A stretch of DNA of 64,000 nucleotides from Verrucomicrobiota bacterium (GTDB lineage Bacteria > Verrucomicrobiota > Verrucomicrobiia > Verrucomicrobiales > V1-33): the NCBI GenBank assembly GCA_039795165.1, contig JBDKER010000004.1, forward strand, positions 48,234 through 112,233, in the 5' to 3' direction. Positions within the stretch are counted from its first letter, which is position 1. Every line of letters starts with the position of its first letter. Shown in pieces: positions 1 to 8,760 of this stretch. The position numbers and the translations under genes are program-made. Under the pieces are notes generated by a model. It ran no database searches. It saw nothing but the letters and a program-made list of their open reading frames with translations, and was not told the DNA's origin.

Positions 1-735
1 GGTAATCCGGGCAACAGCCTGCGCACCCAGCTGCGCGCCGAATACCGAAGTGAATTCGGTGGTGACCACGCCTTCAGCCTCGGCGCTGCTCTGAGCGAGC
101 CGATCTCCACCAGCATCTCCGATGACTTCAAGGACCGGGCCGAAGACAACGGCATGCCCAATCTTGAAGCAAAGGCCCAGCTCCGCCTCGGTCAGCCCGA
201 TGGCGATACTCTGCTTGCCCGGCCAGCCCTGGAAGCCGGCGTCTCGGGCGTCTACGGCGAGTTCCGCAAGTTCACGGGAACGGCTCCGCCATGGCCGCCG
301 CCTGATATCATCCGTCCGTGGGGAGCCGCACTCGAGGCCGGAGCCCGCCTCGGCAGCCGCTTCGGCATCCACGGGGAACTCTATGCCGGCGAAGCCCTCG
401 GCAATTACCTCGGCACAGCCCTCCAGACGGTCAATCCCGCGAACCGGAAGGCGATCGCCAGCCACGGTGGCTGGCTGGAAGCCACGCTCGTCTTCACCCC
501 CAGCCTCCGCATGAATGCCGGATACGGCATCGACCAACCGGATCGCGCCGACCTCTTTGCCGGACAGGTTGCCCGCAACCAGACCGCCTATCTCAACCTG
601 TTCTCGAGCATAACCCCGGAACTCACCGTCGGCCTTGAGCAGACGTGGCGAAGAACCGAATACCTTGGCCTGCAGGGATCCGACCGTGCTAATGAGGGTT
701 GGTCGACCATGCTGAGCCTTCAGTACGGCTTCTGA
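1..735 (+). CDS. Outer-membrane beta-barrel / porin-like protein, 3' fragment (5' end lies outside the window)
   Basis: Frame 1 is open from base 1 to the TGA at 733-735. The sequence has an alternating Gly/Tyr/Leu beta-strand-like pattern and ends ...TMLSLQYGF; a C-terminal aromatic residue is typical of OM beta-barrels. Confidence 0.5.
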   Translation, partial: GNPGNSLRTQLRAEYRSEFGGDHAFSLGAALSEPISTSISDDFKDRAEDNGMPNLEAKAQLRLGQPDGDTLLARPALEAGVSGVYGEFRKFTGTAPPWPPPDIIRPWGAALEAGARLGSRFGIHGELYAGEALGNYLGTALQTVNPANRKAIASHGGWLEATLVFTPSLRMNAGYGIDQPDRADLFAGQVARNQTAYLNLFSSITPELTVGLEQTWRRTEYLGLQGSDRANEGWSTMLSLQYGF

Positions 736-752
736 ACAAGTCCCGCCACACC

Positions 753-2618
753 ATGAATTTCCGCCATCTGCTGCCCGCGGCCGCTGCCCTTGCGGCGGGA
801 TCCGCCGCCTTTCTGCTTTCTGCCCGATCTCCCGAGGCTGCCCAGTCTCTGCCCGCTGCCACCGCACCGCGCAGTGTCCGCATCTATATGGGAGGCGACA
901 TCCTCACCATGCGTGGTGATGCCCCGGAATACGTCGAGGCGCTCGCGGTTGAGAACGGCCGCATCATTCACGCCGGTGACCTCAGTGAAGCCCGCCAGAT
1001 CGCGGGAACGTCCCCGGAAATCATGGAACTCGGCGGCCGCACGCTCCTTCCTGGTTTCATCGACGGCCACGGACACATTGCTGATTACGTGATGTCATGG
1101 GGTAAACCCGACCTCAGCCCGCCCCCGGTCGGCGACACCCGCACCATCACCGATATCCAGAAGAAGCTGTCGGTCTACCTGGCCAGATCGGCTCCTCCTG
1201 CCGATCAGCTGGTCGTCATCAGTGGCTATGATGACAGCCTGCTCGAGGAGAAACGCCATCCCACCCGACATGACCTCGACAAGGTCAGCACGAACGTCCC
1301 GATTCTGATCGTGCATGCATCCGGCCACCTCGTGGTCGCCAATTCTCCGGCACTGGCCATGGTCGGCATCACTGCGGAAACCGAGGATCCGGACGGCGGG
1401 GTCATCCAGCGGGAACAGGGGAGCCGGGAACCCAATGGCGTCCTCGAGGAAACGGCCGGCTATCCATTCATGGCACGCCTGCCGCGCATGGCCCTGCCGG
1501 AACAGCTCCGCCTGTTCGACGAAATCCAGGCATGGTGGGCCAGCTACGGCCTGACCACCGCTCAGGATGGATTAAGCAATCCGGCCTCACTGGCGATGCT
1601 CCGGGAAGCCGACCGCACCGGCCGTCTCATCCTCGATGTGATTTCCTACCCGATGTGGAAACTCCTGGGCAAAGTCGGCGATTTCGATGCGCGCGCTGCC
1701 TCCTTCGATATCTACCCGCCCGGATCCCAGCTCTCCAATGCCGGCCGGGCCTACGAATCGGACCGCCCGGCTGCCACCCCGCCCTCCATCGATGCCAGTT
1801 CCCGGGGAAAGCTCAAGGTGGGCACCTACGGCCACCATCACAAGATCGGCGGCATCAAGATCACGCTCGATGGTTCACCGCAGGGGAAAACAGCATTCAT
1901 GACGCAGCCGTATCATGCCCCGCCGCCCGGTCAGAAGGAAAGCTACCGTGCCTATCCAACCCTCGAACAGGAGGAAGTCAGCGCATGGCTCGACGCCGCG
2001 TACCGCCACGGCATCCAGGTCATCGCTCACACCAATGGCGATGCCGCCGTCGATCAGCTCCTCACCGCGGTGGCCGCCGCTCGCGGCAATCACGGAAACA
2101 AGGACCTGCGCCCCGTCGCCATTCATGCCCAGCTCGCCCGCTACGATCAGCTCGACCGCATGAAGGAACTCGGCATCATGCCCAGCTTCTTCTCGGCCCA
2201 CACTTTCTTCTGGGGCGACTGGCATGTGCAGAGCTTCGGACGCGACCGCGCACACCGCATCAGCCCACTCGCCCGCGCCCATGCCATCGGACTCAAGTAC
2301 TCGAATCACAACGATTCTCCCGTCGTTCCGCCGGACATGATGCGGCTCGTCTGGTCGGCTGTGAACCGCGTCAGCCGCAGCGGCGCAGTGATCGGTTCGG
2401 CCGAACGGGTTTCTCCCTTCATCGCCCTCAAAGCGGTGACCGCATGGGCCGCATGGCAGTACTTCGAGGACGATACCAAGGGCACGCTCGAAAATGGCAG
2501 GCGCGCCGACCTCGTCCTGCTCGAACGCAATCCCCTCAAGGTGGATCCCATGACCATCCGCGACATCCGTGTCATGGAAACCATCAAGGACGGCAAGACG
2601 ATCTGGCTGCGGAAATAA
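753..2618 (+). CDS. Secreted metal-dependent amidohydrolase (Amidohydro_3 / YtcJ-like)
   Basis: ORF 699..2618. The ATG at 753 gives a signal-like N-terminus, MNFRHLLPAAAALAAGSAAFLLSA. It has the PGFIDGHGH (HxH) metal motif and later HTNGD and H/D blocks laid out as in this family. Confidence 0.85.
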   Translation: MNFRHLLPAAAALAAGSAAFLLSARSPEAAQSLPAATAPRSVRIYMGGDILTMRGDAPEYVEALAVENGRIIHAGDLSEARQIAGTSPEIMELGGRTLLPGFIDGHGHIADYVMSWGKPDLSPPPVGDTRTITDIQKKLSVYLARSAPPADQLVVISGYDDSLLEEKRHPTRHDLDKVSTNVPILIVHASGHLVVANSPALAMVGITAETEDPDGGVIQREQGSREPNGVLEETAGYPFMARLPRMALPEQLRLFDEIQAWWASYGLTTAQDGLSNPASLAMLREADRTGRLILDVISYPMWKLLGKVGDFDARAASFDIYPPGSQLSNAGRAYESDRPAATPPSIDASSRGKLKVGTYGHHHKIGGIKITLDGSPQGKTAFMTQPYHAPPPGQKESYRAYPTLEQEEVSAWLDAAYRHGIQVIAHTNGDAAVDQLLTAVAAARGNHGNKDLRPVAIHAQLARYDQLDRMKELGIMPSFFSAHTFFWGDWHVQSFGRDRAHRISPLARAHAIGLKYSNHNDSPVVPPDMMRLVWSAVNRVSRSGAVIGSAERVSPFIALKAVTAWAAWQYFEDDTKGTLENGRRADLVLLERNPLKVDPMTIRDIRVMETIKDGKTIWLRK

Positions 2619-2692
2619 CCACTGCCTCCCCATGGGAATCGTCAGGATTTCCGGCTGGCACCGCCCGCGGATATCAGTTAGGAACGCAATTC

Positions 2693-4612
2693 ATGAAGAA
2701 AATCCTGATCGCCGCATCGGTCTGTGCGTTCCAGCCTGCCGGGGCCATCGACATCATCAAGGCGGATAATGTCACGCCGCTCAACGATCCCCTCAGCTGG
2801 CTCGGGGGAGTGGTTCCGGGGCCTGACGACATGGTGGTGGTGGACCGGACGATCCGCTTCTACCGGTTTGCTCCGCTGGGTGGATCCCTCGAAGTCAAAG
2901 GCATCCGGGTCACGGACGCCGGGAATCCACTGGCAGTGAATGTCACGGCGGGCGCTGTTCTGGGGATTGGCGCAGGAGGCATCGCGGTCGAGGGCGGCAT
3001 TTCCCAGTTCGAGACGAGCTATCATCTTGAGTTGAGTCCCGACCTTGAGCTTACGGCGGATCAGTCATGGGACATCGCGGATACCACGCAGGCAGCGGAT
3101 CTGAAACTGGTGGGCCGGGCCGAGACGGTGCTTGATCTGGGTGGGCGTACGCTCACGAAGAACGGCCCGGGCTTTGTGCAGATCGATGGTGGTTACGATG
3201 TCCGCCGCGGGCGCATGGTCTGCACGCAGGGAACGGTGACCCTTGTTTCGGGTGGCTCGGGTGCCCGCAGTCTTGTGGTGCCTGCGGATTTCACGGCGCG
3301 CCTTGACGGAGGCGAATTCAATCTCTGCAAGCTGAGCGGTGCCCTCGACTTCAGTGGGCGCATCGAATTGAACGGCGGAACTTTCAGCGTTGGTCCGGTC
3401 TTCAGTAGTTCGCTCTACCAGAGCATGACGGCAGGCGGAACCATAGAAGTGCTGGCCGACAGCACCCTCAGTCTGCCCAATCAGAATTCCAAGCCGGCCA
3501 CCCCGGTCTTCTTCACGGTGGCAGCCCCCATCAGGGGAAATGCCACGCTTACCGTATCGGCCTCGACGCCGCGGACGGCGGATCGGCTCATCCTCACAGG
3601 CGATAACAGCGGATTTACCGGGACCATCCGGGTCGCGGCTGCTTCGGGCAATGCCATGCTTCGGCTCGCCGATCCCCGATCGGGTAGCGCAGCTGCTTCA
3701 TGGTTCATCGCGCAGGGCAATGCGCTCGAGATCGCCGCCGGCCAGATCGAACTGGGTGCGCTCTCCGGCGAGGGCATCGTCGCGAATGCGGCGGCCTCGC
3801 CCTCCACGGTCACCGTGGCCGGTGGGCAATTCAGCGGGACCTTCGCCGATGGCCCGGCTCCCCTTGCGCTCCGCAAAACCGGTCCCGGCACCCTCCGTCT
3901 CTCCGGTACGTGCCTGCACACGGGCGGCACCAGCGTAACCGATGGCAATCTCGAAATCGCAGCGGCGTCTTTCGATGACCGGGGCGACATCCACCTCGAA
4001 GGCGGTGGCCGGCTCACGCTGGCCTTCACCGGAGACATGCCGGTCCGGTCCCTGTTCGTTGATGGTGTACCGCAGCCAGCCGGACGCTGGGGTGCCCCGG
4101 GATCCGGTGCCACCAGCACGTCCGACCGCTTCTCCGGTCAAGGCACGATCGAAGTTCTCAGCGGACCCAGTTCGCCTTTTGACCAATGGGCTGCCGCCGC
4201 CGGACTTCAGGGAGCCGAGGCGACTCCCACGTCAGACCCGGATGCCGATGGCGTCCCGAACCTGCTGGAGTTCGCCATGGCGGGCGACCCCCGCAGCGGA
4301 GATTCAGCTCCCTCGCTCCGCGCCGCCACCGTCCGCGTCACGGGCGAGGATTTTCTGGCGGCCACTTTCCCGGTGCGATCAGGTGCGGTCTTTTCCTCCG
4401 GATCGGCTTCGGTCGACGGCTTCACCTGCAAAGTGGAGGGATCCCTGCGGAATCTCGAGTCGTGGAACGCCTCCGTTGCCGAGTGGTGGCCCGCCCTCGC
4501 GGATGGCCTCCCGGCTCTCCCGGCCGGCTGGAACTACCGCACCTTCCGCCTCACGGAATCCATGGCGTCCCATCCAGCGGGCGCGCTCCGGTTCCGGGTC
4601 TCCCTCCCGTAA
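2693..4612 (+). CDS. Secreted autotransporter-associated beta-strand repeat protein
   Basis: The ATG at 2693 (MKKILIAASVCAF...) lies inside the long ORF 1532..4612. It has repeated ...L(T/R)K(N/T)GPGTL.LSG... beta-strand repeat units, the DPDADGVPNLLEFAMAGDP Ca-binding-type motif, and a C-terminus ...ALRFRVSLP. Confidence 0.7.
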   Translation: MKKILIAASVCAFQPAGAIDIIKADNVTPLNDPLSWLGGVVPGPDDMVVVDRTIRFYRFAPLGGSLEVKGIRVTDAGNPLAVNVTAGAVLGIGAGGIAVEGGISQFETSYHLELSPDLELTADQSWDIADTTQAADLKLVGRAETVLDLGGRTLTKNGPGFVQIDGGYDVRRGRMVCTQGTVTLVSGGSGARSLVVPADFTARLDGGEFNLCKLSGALDFSGRIELNGGTFSVGPVFSSSLYQSMTAGGTIEVLADSTLSLPNQNSKPATPVFFTVAAPIRGNATLTVSASTPRTADRLILTGDNSGFTGTIRVAAASGNAMLRLADPRSGSAAASWFIAQGNALEIAAGQIELGALSGEGIVANAAASPSTVTVAGGQFSGTFADGPAPLALRKTGPGTLRLSGTCLHTGGTSVTDGNLEIAAASFDDRGDIHLEGGGRLTLAFTGDMPVRSLFVDGVPQPAGRWGAPGSGATSTSDRFSGQGTIEVLSGPSSPFDQWAAAAGLQGAEATPTSDPDADGVPNLLEFAMAGDPRSGDSAPSLRAATVRVTGEDFLAATFPVRSGAVFSSGSASVDGFTCKVEGSLRNLESWNASVAEWWPALADGLPALPAGWNYRTFRLTESMASHPAGALRFRVSLP

Positions 4613-4677
4613 AGCTTCCAGCGGTGGCCCGTGGAAAATCCGTGGCTGCAGGCGTGCCCCTGTGGCAGGATGAAGGC

Positions 4678-5799
4678 ATGACGCTGCGATTTTCCGCCCT
4701 GCTCGCTGCCCTGCTGGCCCTCGCGGTCTGCCCTGCCCCTGCAGATGCACCCGCAGACGTCCGTCCGGGCGACACCTTCGCGGCGCGCGACACCCTGTCT
4801 CCGGCCAGCGACCCGGAAACCGATGCGGCCGCCTGCCTCCAGCAACTCACATGGACGACTGCGGATTTTTCCGTGACCTGCGAACCCCGCCACGAAACCC
4901 ATGGCGACCTCCTGCTCCGCTTTCCGAGTGCCCTCCCCAGCGGCCATGAGAAGAATGACCGCGTGGCCCTCGAATGGTACCAGGCCCGCAGCCGCGATGG
5001 AAAACTGCTGCGCGCCCCCGCCGTCGTCGTCGTTCACGAATCCGGAAAGGGCATGGTGGCCGGCCGCACCTTTGCACGCGGTCTGCGCACGCGTCAGTTC
5101 CACACCTTTCTGATTCATCTGCCGGGCTACGGAGCCCGCCGCTCGGACTGGACCGCGGACATCCGCAACCTCCTGCCTTCGATGCGCCAGGCCGTGGCCG
5201 ATGTGCGCCGCGCCCGGGATGCCATCGCTGCCCTCCCGCAGGTCGATGCCTCGCTCATCGCCGTGCAGGGCACCAGCCTCGGTGGCTTCGTCACGGCTAC
5301 GGTGGCCGGACTCGACCGGGCCTACCAGCGTGCCTTCATCCTCCTCGCAGGGGGCCAGCTTTCCGAAGTCCTGCTCCACGGGAACCGCGACGCCGCAGGC
5401 ATGCGGCGGCAACTCGAGGCAGCCGGGATTACCCACGATCAGATCCGCGAACTCTCGATGGCCATTGAACCCATGCGCCTCGCTCACCGCGTCGATTCCT
5501 CCCGCACATGGCTCTTCAGCGGGAAATTCGATGAGGTGGTTCCTCCGCGCTGTTCGCATGCCTTCGCTGCCGCCGCCGGACTTGCCGGAGAACATCACCG
5601 AGAACTCCCCGTCGGCCATTACTCGGCCGCCCTGCTCCTCCCGGTCATTCTCCAGCAGATCGGCGATCTGATTGGTCAGTCGGCCCCGGCGACCCCTCCG
5701 CAGCCGGCGGCATCGCCAGCTCCCGCATCGCCGCCGTCTCCTCCTCAAACGCCGTCAGCAGGCCCTGCACCCGGTCACGCTGGGTCACCATCGCAATGA
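4678..5799 (+). CDS. Secreted alpha/beta hydrolase (dienelactone hydrolase / S9-like fold)
   Basis: The ATG at 4678 gives the signal peptide MTLRFSALLAALLALAVCPAPADA. The nucleophile elbow is GTSLGG, with an HESG block and a late PVGH. The Pro/Ala-rich tail overlaps the convergent gene. Confidence 0.7.
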   Translation: MTLRFSALLAALLALAVCPAPADAPADVRPGDTFAARDTLSPASDPETDAAACLQQLTWTTADFSVTCEPRHETHGDLLLRFPSALPSGHEKNDRVALEWYQARSRDGKLLRAPAVVVVHESGKGMVAGRTFARGLRTRQFHTFLIHLPGYGARRSDWTADIRNLLPSMRQAVADVRRARDAIAALPQVDASLIAVQGTSLGGFVTATVAGLDRAYQRAFILLAGGQLSEVLLHGNRDAAGMRRQLEAAGITHDQIRELSMAIEPMRLAHRVDSSRTWLFSGKFDEVVPPRCSHAFAAAAGLAGEHHRELPVGHYSAALLLPVILQQIGDLIGQSAPATPPQPAASPAPASPPSPPQTPSAGPAPGHAGSPSQ

Positions 5800-6370
5800 C
5801 CAGATACTGGGTAATGGCCAGCCCGTAGCACCACCAGCCCACGGCACTGGCAGCCGATCCCGGCGAACCACCCCATACCACCGCCATGATGGCCAGCACG
5901 GGTGACGAACGCCGCAGGTGCAGGTAGAAGAGATTCCGGATAATGTCGCGCCGCTCCCGCCACGCAGCCCGCCTGCCTTCCGCCGTGTGCAGCCGGAGCG
6001 ACAGCGGCTTCCGGTGCAGGAAGCCGAAAAGGTCCTCGTCGGGCATGCTCTCAATCACCCCCACGGCCAGCAGCAGCCGCAGCACGAGCGTCTGCCAGAC
6101 CTGCGATTCATCCGTGGTCCGATGCCATGGCAGCCACCCGAAAAGCACATCTTCCAGATTGGCCGTCGCCGCCAGCAGTAGCAGCGCCCCCCGGAACCAG
6201 TGCTCCAGATCCCGCTCCAGCTCGGCATCCGACGTCTGCACCCGCAGCACCCGCCGCAGCAGAAAACGGAACAGCGGAATCGCCACCAGCCCGCAGATCA
6301 GCCGCACCACCGGCCGCAGCACGGGCTTGAAGACGAAATCGCGGAAAATACTGCCAAAAACTGCCGGCAC
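5645..6370 (-). CDS. Hypothetical multi-pass membrane protein
   Basis: This is the 3' part of ORF 5645..7093(-). It has hydrophobic helices (LICGLVAIPLFRFLL, ALLLLAATANL, VLRLLLAVGVI, PVLAIMAVVWGG, WWCYGLAITQYLVIAMV). The proposed GTG start at 6370 is in frame. The upstream part of the ORF overlaps the L,D-transpeptidase gene and looks non-coding. The start is uncertain. Confidence 0.4.
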   Translation of the reverse strand: MPAVFGSIFRDFVFKPVLRPVVRLICGLVAIPLFRFLLRRVLRVQTSDAELERDLEHWFRGALLLLAATANLEDVLFGWLPWHRTTDESQVWQTLVLRLLLAVGVIESMPDEDLFGFLHRKPLSLRLHTAEGRRAAWRERRDIIRNLFYLHLRRSSPVLAIMAVVWGGSPGSAASAVGWWCYGLAITQYLVIAMVTQRDRVQGLLTAFEEETAAMRELAMPPAAEGSPGPTDQSDRRSAGE

Positions 6371-6457
6371 CCCTGCCGATGCACCGGGATCGCCACCTCC
6401 GCCAATCGAAATCCGGAATGGCAGATCTCCGGAAACAATCGTAAACTGCCCACAAGG

Positions 6458-7201
6458 ATGATGCCGCGCCGAACTCTTCTGCTGCAACTCGCCGCCCTCA
6501 CCAGTCCCGTCTCCCGGGCCGCGGCGGCCAGCCTCACCGTTCCGGAGCAATGCCGCCAGCTCATCACGGTGATCGCACCGGCATGGAACGCCACCCGCGC
6601 CACGCTCCGCCGCTGGGAACGCCCGGACAGCCGCAGCCCATGGACTCCCGCCGCCCAGTCCATTGCCGTCGTCCTCGGCCGCGCAGGCCTCCGCCCCGGC
6701 CGCGGTCTCCACCCGGCCATTCCCGGCCAACCAGCCAAGCAGGAAGGCGACGGCTGCTCGCCCGCCGGGCTTTTCTCCCTCGACACCGCCTTCGGCACGG
6801 CCCCCAAGACTTCGCGTCCCTCCCGATGGCCATGGCTCCCCATGACCAGTCACCACGCCGGAGTCGACGACCCCCGTTCCCGTCACTACAACCGCATCGT
6901 CGACCGCCGCTCCGTGCTGCCCGACTGGAGCAGTGCGGAGAACATGATTCCAGGCAGCGGAGTCTACCGGCTCGGACTCGTCGTCCGCCACAACTGGGAC
7001 CAGCAGCCCGGTGCCGGATCCTGCATTTTCCTCCACATCTGGGACCATCCCGAAGCCACCACAGCCGGCTGCACGGCCATGGACGCAGCCCACCTCGCCA
7101 GCCTTCTCCAGTGGCTCCAGCCGTCGGCTACCCCGCTTCTCCTGCAGCTGCCGCAGGCCCTTGCGGCCCGCCTTGCATGGCTGCCGGGGATTGCTTCATG
7201 A
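6458..7201 (+). CDS. L,D-transpeptidase family protein
   Basis: The ATG at 6458 (MMPRRTLLLQLAALTSPVSRAAAA) lies inside ORF 6200..7201. The catalytic-type block is GAGSCIFLHIW....TTAGCTAM (His ... Gly-Cys). Confidence 0.65.
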   Translation: MMPRRTLLLQLAALTSPVSRAAAASLTVPEQCRQLITVIAPAWNATRATLRRWERPDSRSPWTPAAQSIAVVLGRAGLRPGRGLHPAIPGQPAKQEGDGCSPAGLFSLDTAFGTAPKTSRPSRWPWLPMTSHHAGVDDPRSRHYNRIVDRRSVLPDWSSAENMIPGSGVYRLGLVVRHNWDQQPGAGSCIFLHIWDHPEATTAGCTAMDAAHLASLLQWLQPSATPLLLQLPQALAARLAWLPGIAS

Positions 7202-7217
7202 AAAATCGGATAGCACT

Positions 7218-7233
7218 TGGTACGATATTTGCT
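7218..7233 (+). promoter_or_regulatory. Sigma-54 type -24/-12 promoter-like element upstream of rpoN
   Basis: The sequence TGGTACG-ATAT-TTGCT compares with the consensus TGGCACG-N4-TTGCW. The GG/GC spacing is exact and there is one mismatch. It lies in the locally AT-rich spacer between the ldt stop (7201) and the rpoN ATG (7291). Confidence 0.5.
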
Positions 7234-7290
7234 TGATCGTGCTCCGAGGCTATGCGAGACACGGGTGGCCGGATCGGGCCGGTCCACCCC

Positions 7291-8709
7291 ATGAAGCCAT
7301 CGCAGTCTCTCGGACAGCACCTCAGCCAGCAGCAGAGGCTCTCCCCGCAGCTGCAGCAGAGCCTGAACATTTTGCAGGCACCTGTCTTCGAACTGCGGCA
7401 GATGATCGATCAGGAACTGCAGCAGAATCCAGTCCTCGAAGCGGAGAGTCATGAGGTCTCCCTTGAACAGGAACGTCCGGAAAGGGAACTGGAGGACGAC
7501 GGGTTCGACCGCGAATTCAGCGAGCTTTCGAGGATGGATGACGAATGGCGCAATTACCTTTCGCAGGCCAGTGCCTCGCGCGGACCCCGCACTGCGGAGG
7601 AGGAGGAACGCCGCCAGTTTCTCTTCGATTCCCTCTCGGAACCTGTCACGCTGCAGGAACACCTGACCCAGCAGCTGGCCATGGTGGAAGCGCGGCCGGA
7701 GGTGCGCCGACTCGTGGAAATGCTCATCGGGAGTCTCGACGACCGCGGTTTCCTCGGCACGCGCATCGGCGATGTCAGTCTGGAATTCGGGATTCCCCTC
7801 CCGGATCTGGAGGAGGCGCGCGACATCCTGCAGTCGTTCGATCCCGCGGGCGTGGGAGCGGAGGACATGCGGGAGAATCTGCTGCTGCAGCTGCGGCGCG
7901 ATGGCCGGGAACACAGCCTTGAAAGCCGCATCATTTCGCAGCATCTCGAGGACCTGGCGCACAAACGCTATCCGCTTATGGCGCGGCGTCTCTCCGTCGA
8001 AGTGGCCGACATCAACCGGGCCGCCTCCGCCATCGCTCAGCTCAATCCGCGTCCGGCTTCCGCCTTTGCATCGACTCCACGGCAGTTCATCACACCCGAT
8101 GTCATTGTGAGCCGGCAGAATGGAAAGTACGTTGTCACGATGACCGATGACCAGTTGCCGCGGCTGCGCATCAGCAATCTCTACAAGGACATCATGTCCA
8201 AGCCGGGTGAGCGCGACAATGTGAAGAGCTACATCCGCGACAAGATCCGGAGCGGCAAATTCCTCATCCGCAGCATTCATCAGCGGCAGCAGACCATTCA
8301 GCGCATCGCCGAGGAAATTGTGGCCCGGCAGGAACCGTTTCTCCGCAGCGGTCCGTCGGAACTGCGCCCGCTCAACATGGCCACGGTGGCGGAAGCCGTG
8401 GGCGTGCACGAGACCACCGTGAGCCGCGCCATTGCGGGCAAATACATGGCCACACCCCAGGGCGTTCAGGAAATGCGCTACTTCTTCACTTCCGGTCTGG
8501 CGACCGATGACGGAGAGCAGCGTTCCAATACGAGTGTGAAGACGGCACTCGCCGAATTGATCCGCGCCGAAGAGGGAGCCAGTCCCCTCAGTGATGAAGA
8601 CCTTGCGAAGATGCTCACGGAACGCGGGGTGCGGATTGCCCGGCGCACCGTCGCCAAGTACCGGGAAGCACTCGGCATTCTACCGAGTCACCTGCGCCGC
8701 CGCTTCTGA
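7291..8709 (+). CDS. rpoN: RNA polymerase sigma-54 factor
   Basis: The N-terminus MKPSQSLGQHLSQQQRLSPQLQQSLNILQ is Gln/Leu-rich region I. The C-terminal HTH and RpoN box read ...ARRTVAKYREALGILPSHLRRRF. Confidence 0.95.
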   Translation: MKPSQSLGQHLSQQQRLSPQLQQSLNILQAPVFELRQMIDQELQQNPVLEAESHEVSLEQERPERELEDDGFDREFSELSRMDDEWRNYLSQASASRGPRTAEEEERRQFLFDSLSEPVTLQEHLTQQLAMVEARPEVRRLVEMLIGSLDDRGFLGTRIGDVSLEFGIPLPDLEEARDILQSFDPAGVGAEDMRENLLLQLRRDGREHSLESRIISQHLEDLAHKRYPLMARRLSVEVADINRAASAIAQLNPRPASAFASTPRQFITPDVIVSRQNGKYVVTMTDDQLPRLRISNLYKDIMSKPGERDNVKSYIRDKIRSGKFLIRSIHQRQQTIQRIAEEIVARQEPFLRSGPSELRPLNMATVAEAVGVHETTVSRAIAGKYMATPQGVQEMRYFFTSGLATDDGEQRSNTSVKTALAELIRAEEGASPLSDEDLAKMLTERGVRIARRTVAKYREALGILPSHLRRRF

Positions 8710-8760
8710 AAGCGGGCGGCCCCGCCTGAGACCCGGGGCGGCCCCGCCGCAGGGCCCGGA

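Noticed and set aside
1532-2692. The 5' 1.16 kb of the 1026-aa ORF 1532..4612
   Set aside because: It overlaps the amidohydrolase gene in another frame. It is Arg/Pro/His-rich and low-complexity, as expected of a GC-rich out-of-frame read. A signal-peptide-bearing ATG at 2693 gives a coherent protein.
4643-4657. Sigma-54-like TGGCTGCAGGCGTGC upstream of the hydrolase gene, plus TGGCACCGCCCGCGG at 2656-2670
   Set aside because: Only the GG-N10-GC skeleton (4643) or only the -24 half (2656) matches. Such partial matches are expected by chance in GC-rich DNA.
6371-7093. Upstream two-thirds of ORF 5645..7093 (-)
   Set aside because: It overlaps the L,D-transpeptidase gene. It is Gly/Ala-rich with no helices or motifs, and only the 3' part looks like a membrane protein.
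8710-8760. GC-rich spacer between convergent rpoN and prlC with GGGCGGCCCCGCC repeated twice (8714-8726 and 8736-8748), considered as a bidirectional terminator
   Set aside because: The possible stems are only about 5 bp or would have 2-nt loops, and there is no U-tract. I can only call it a direct repeat, not a terminator.
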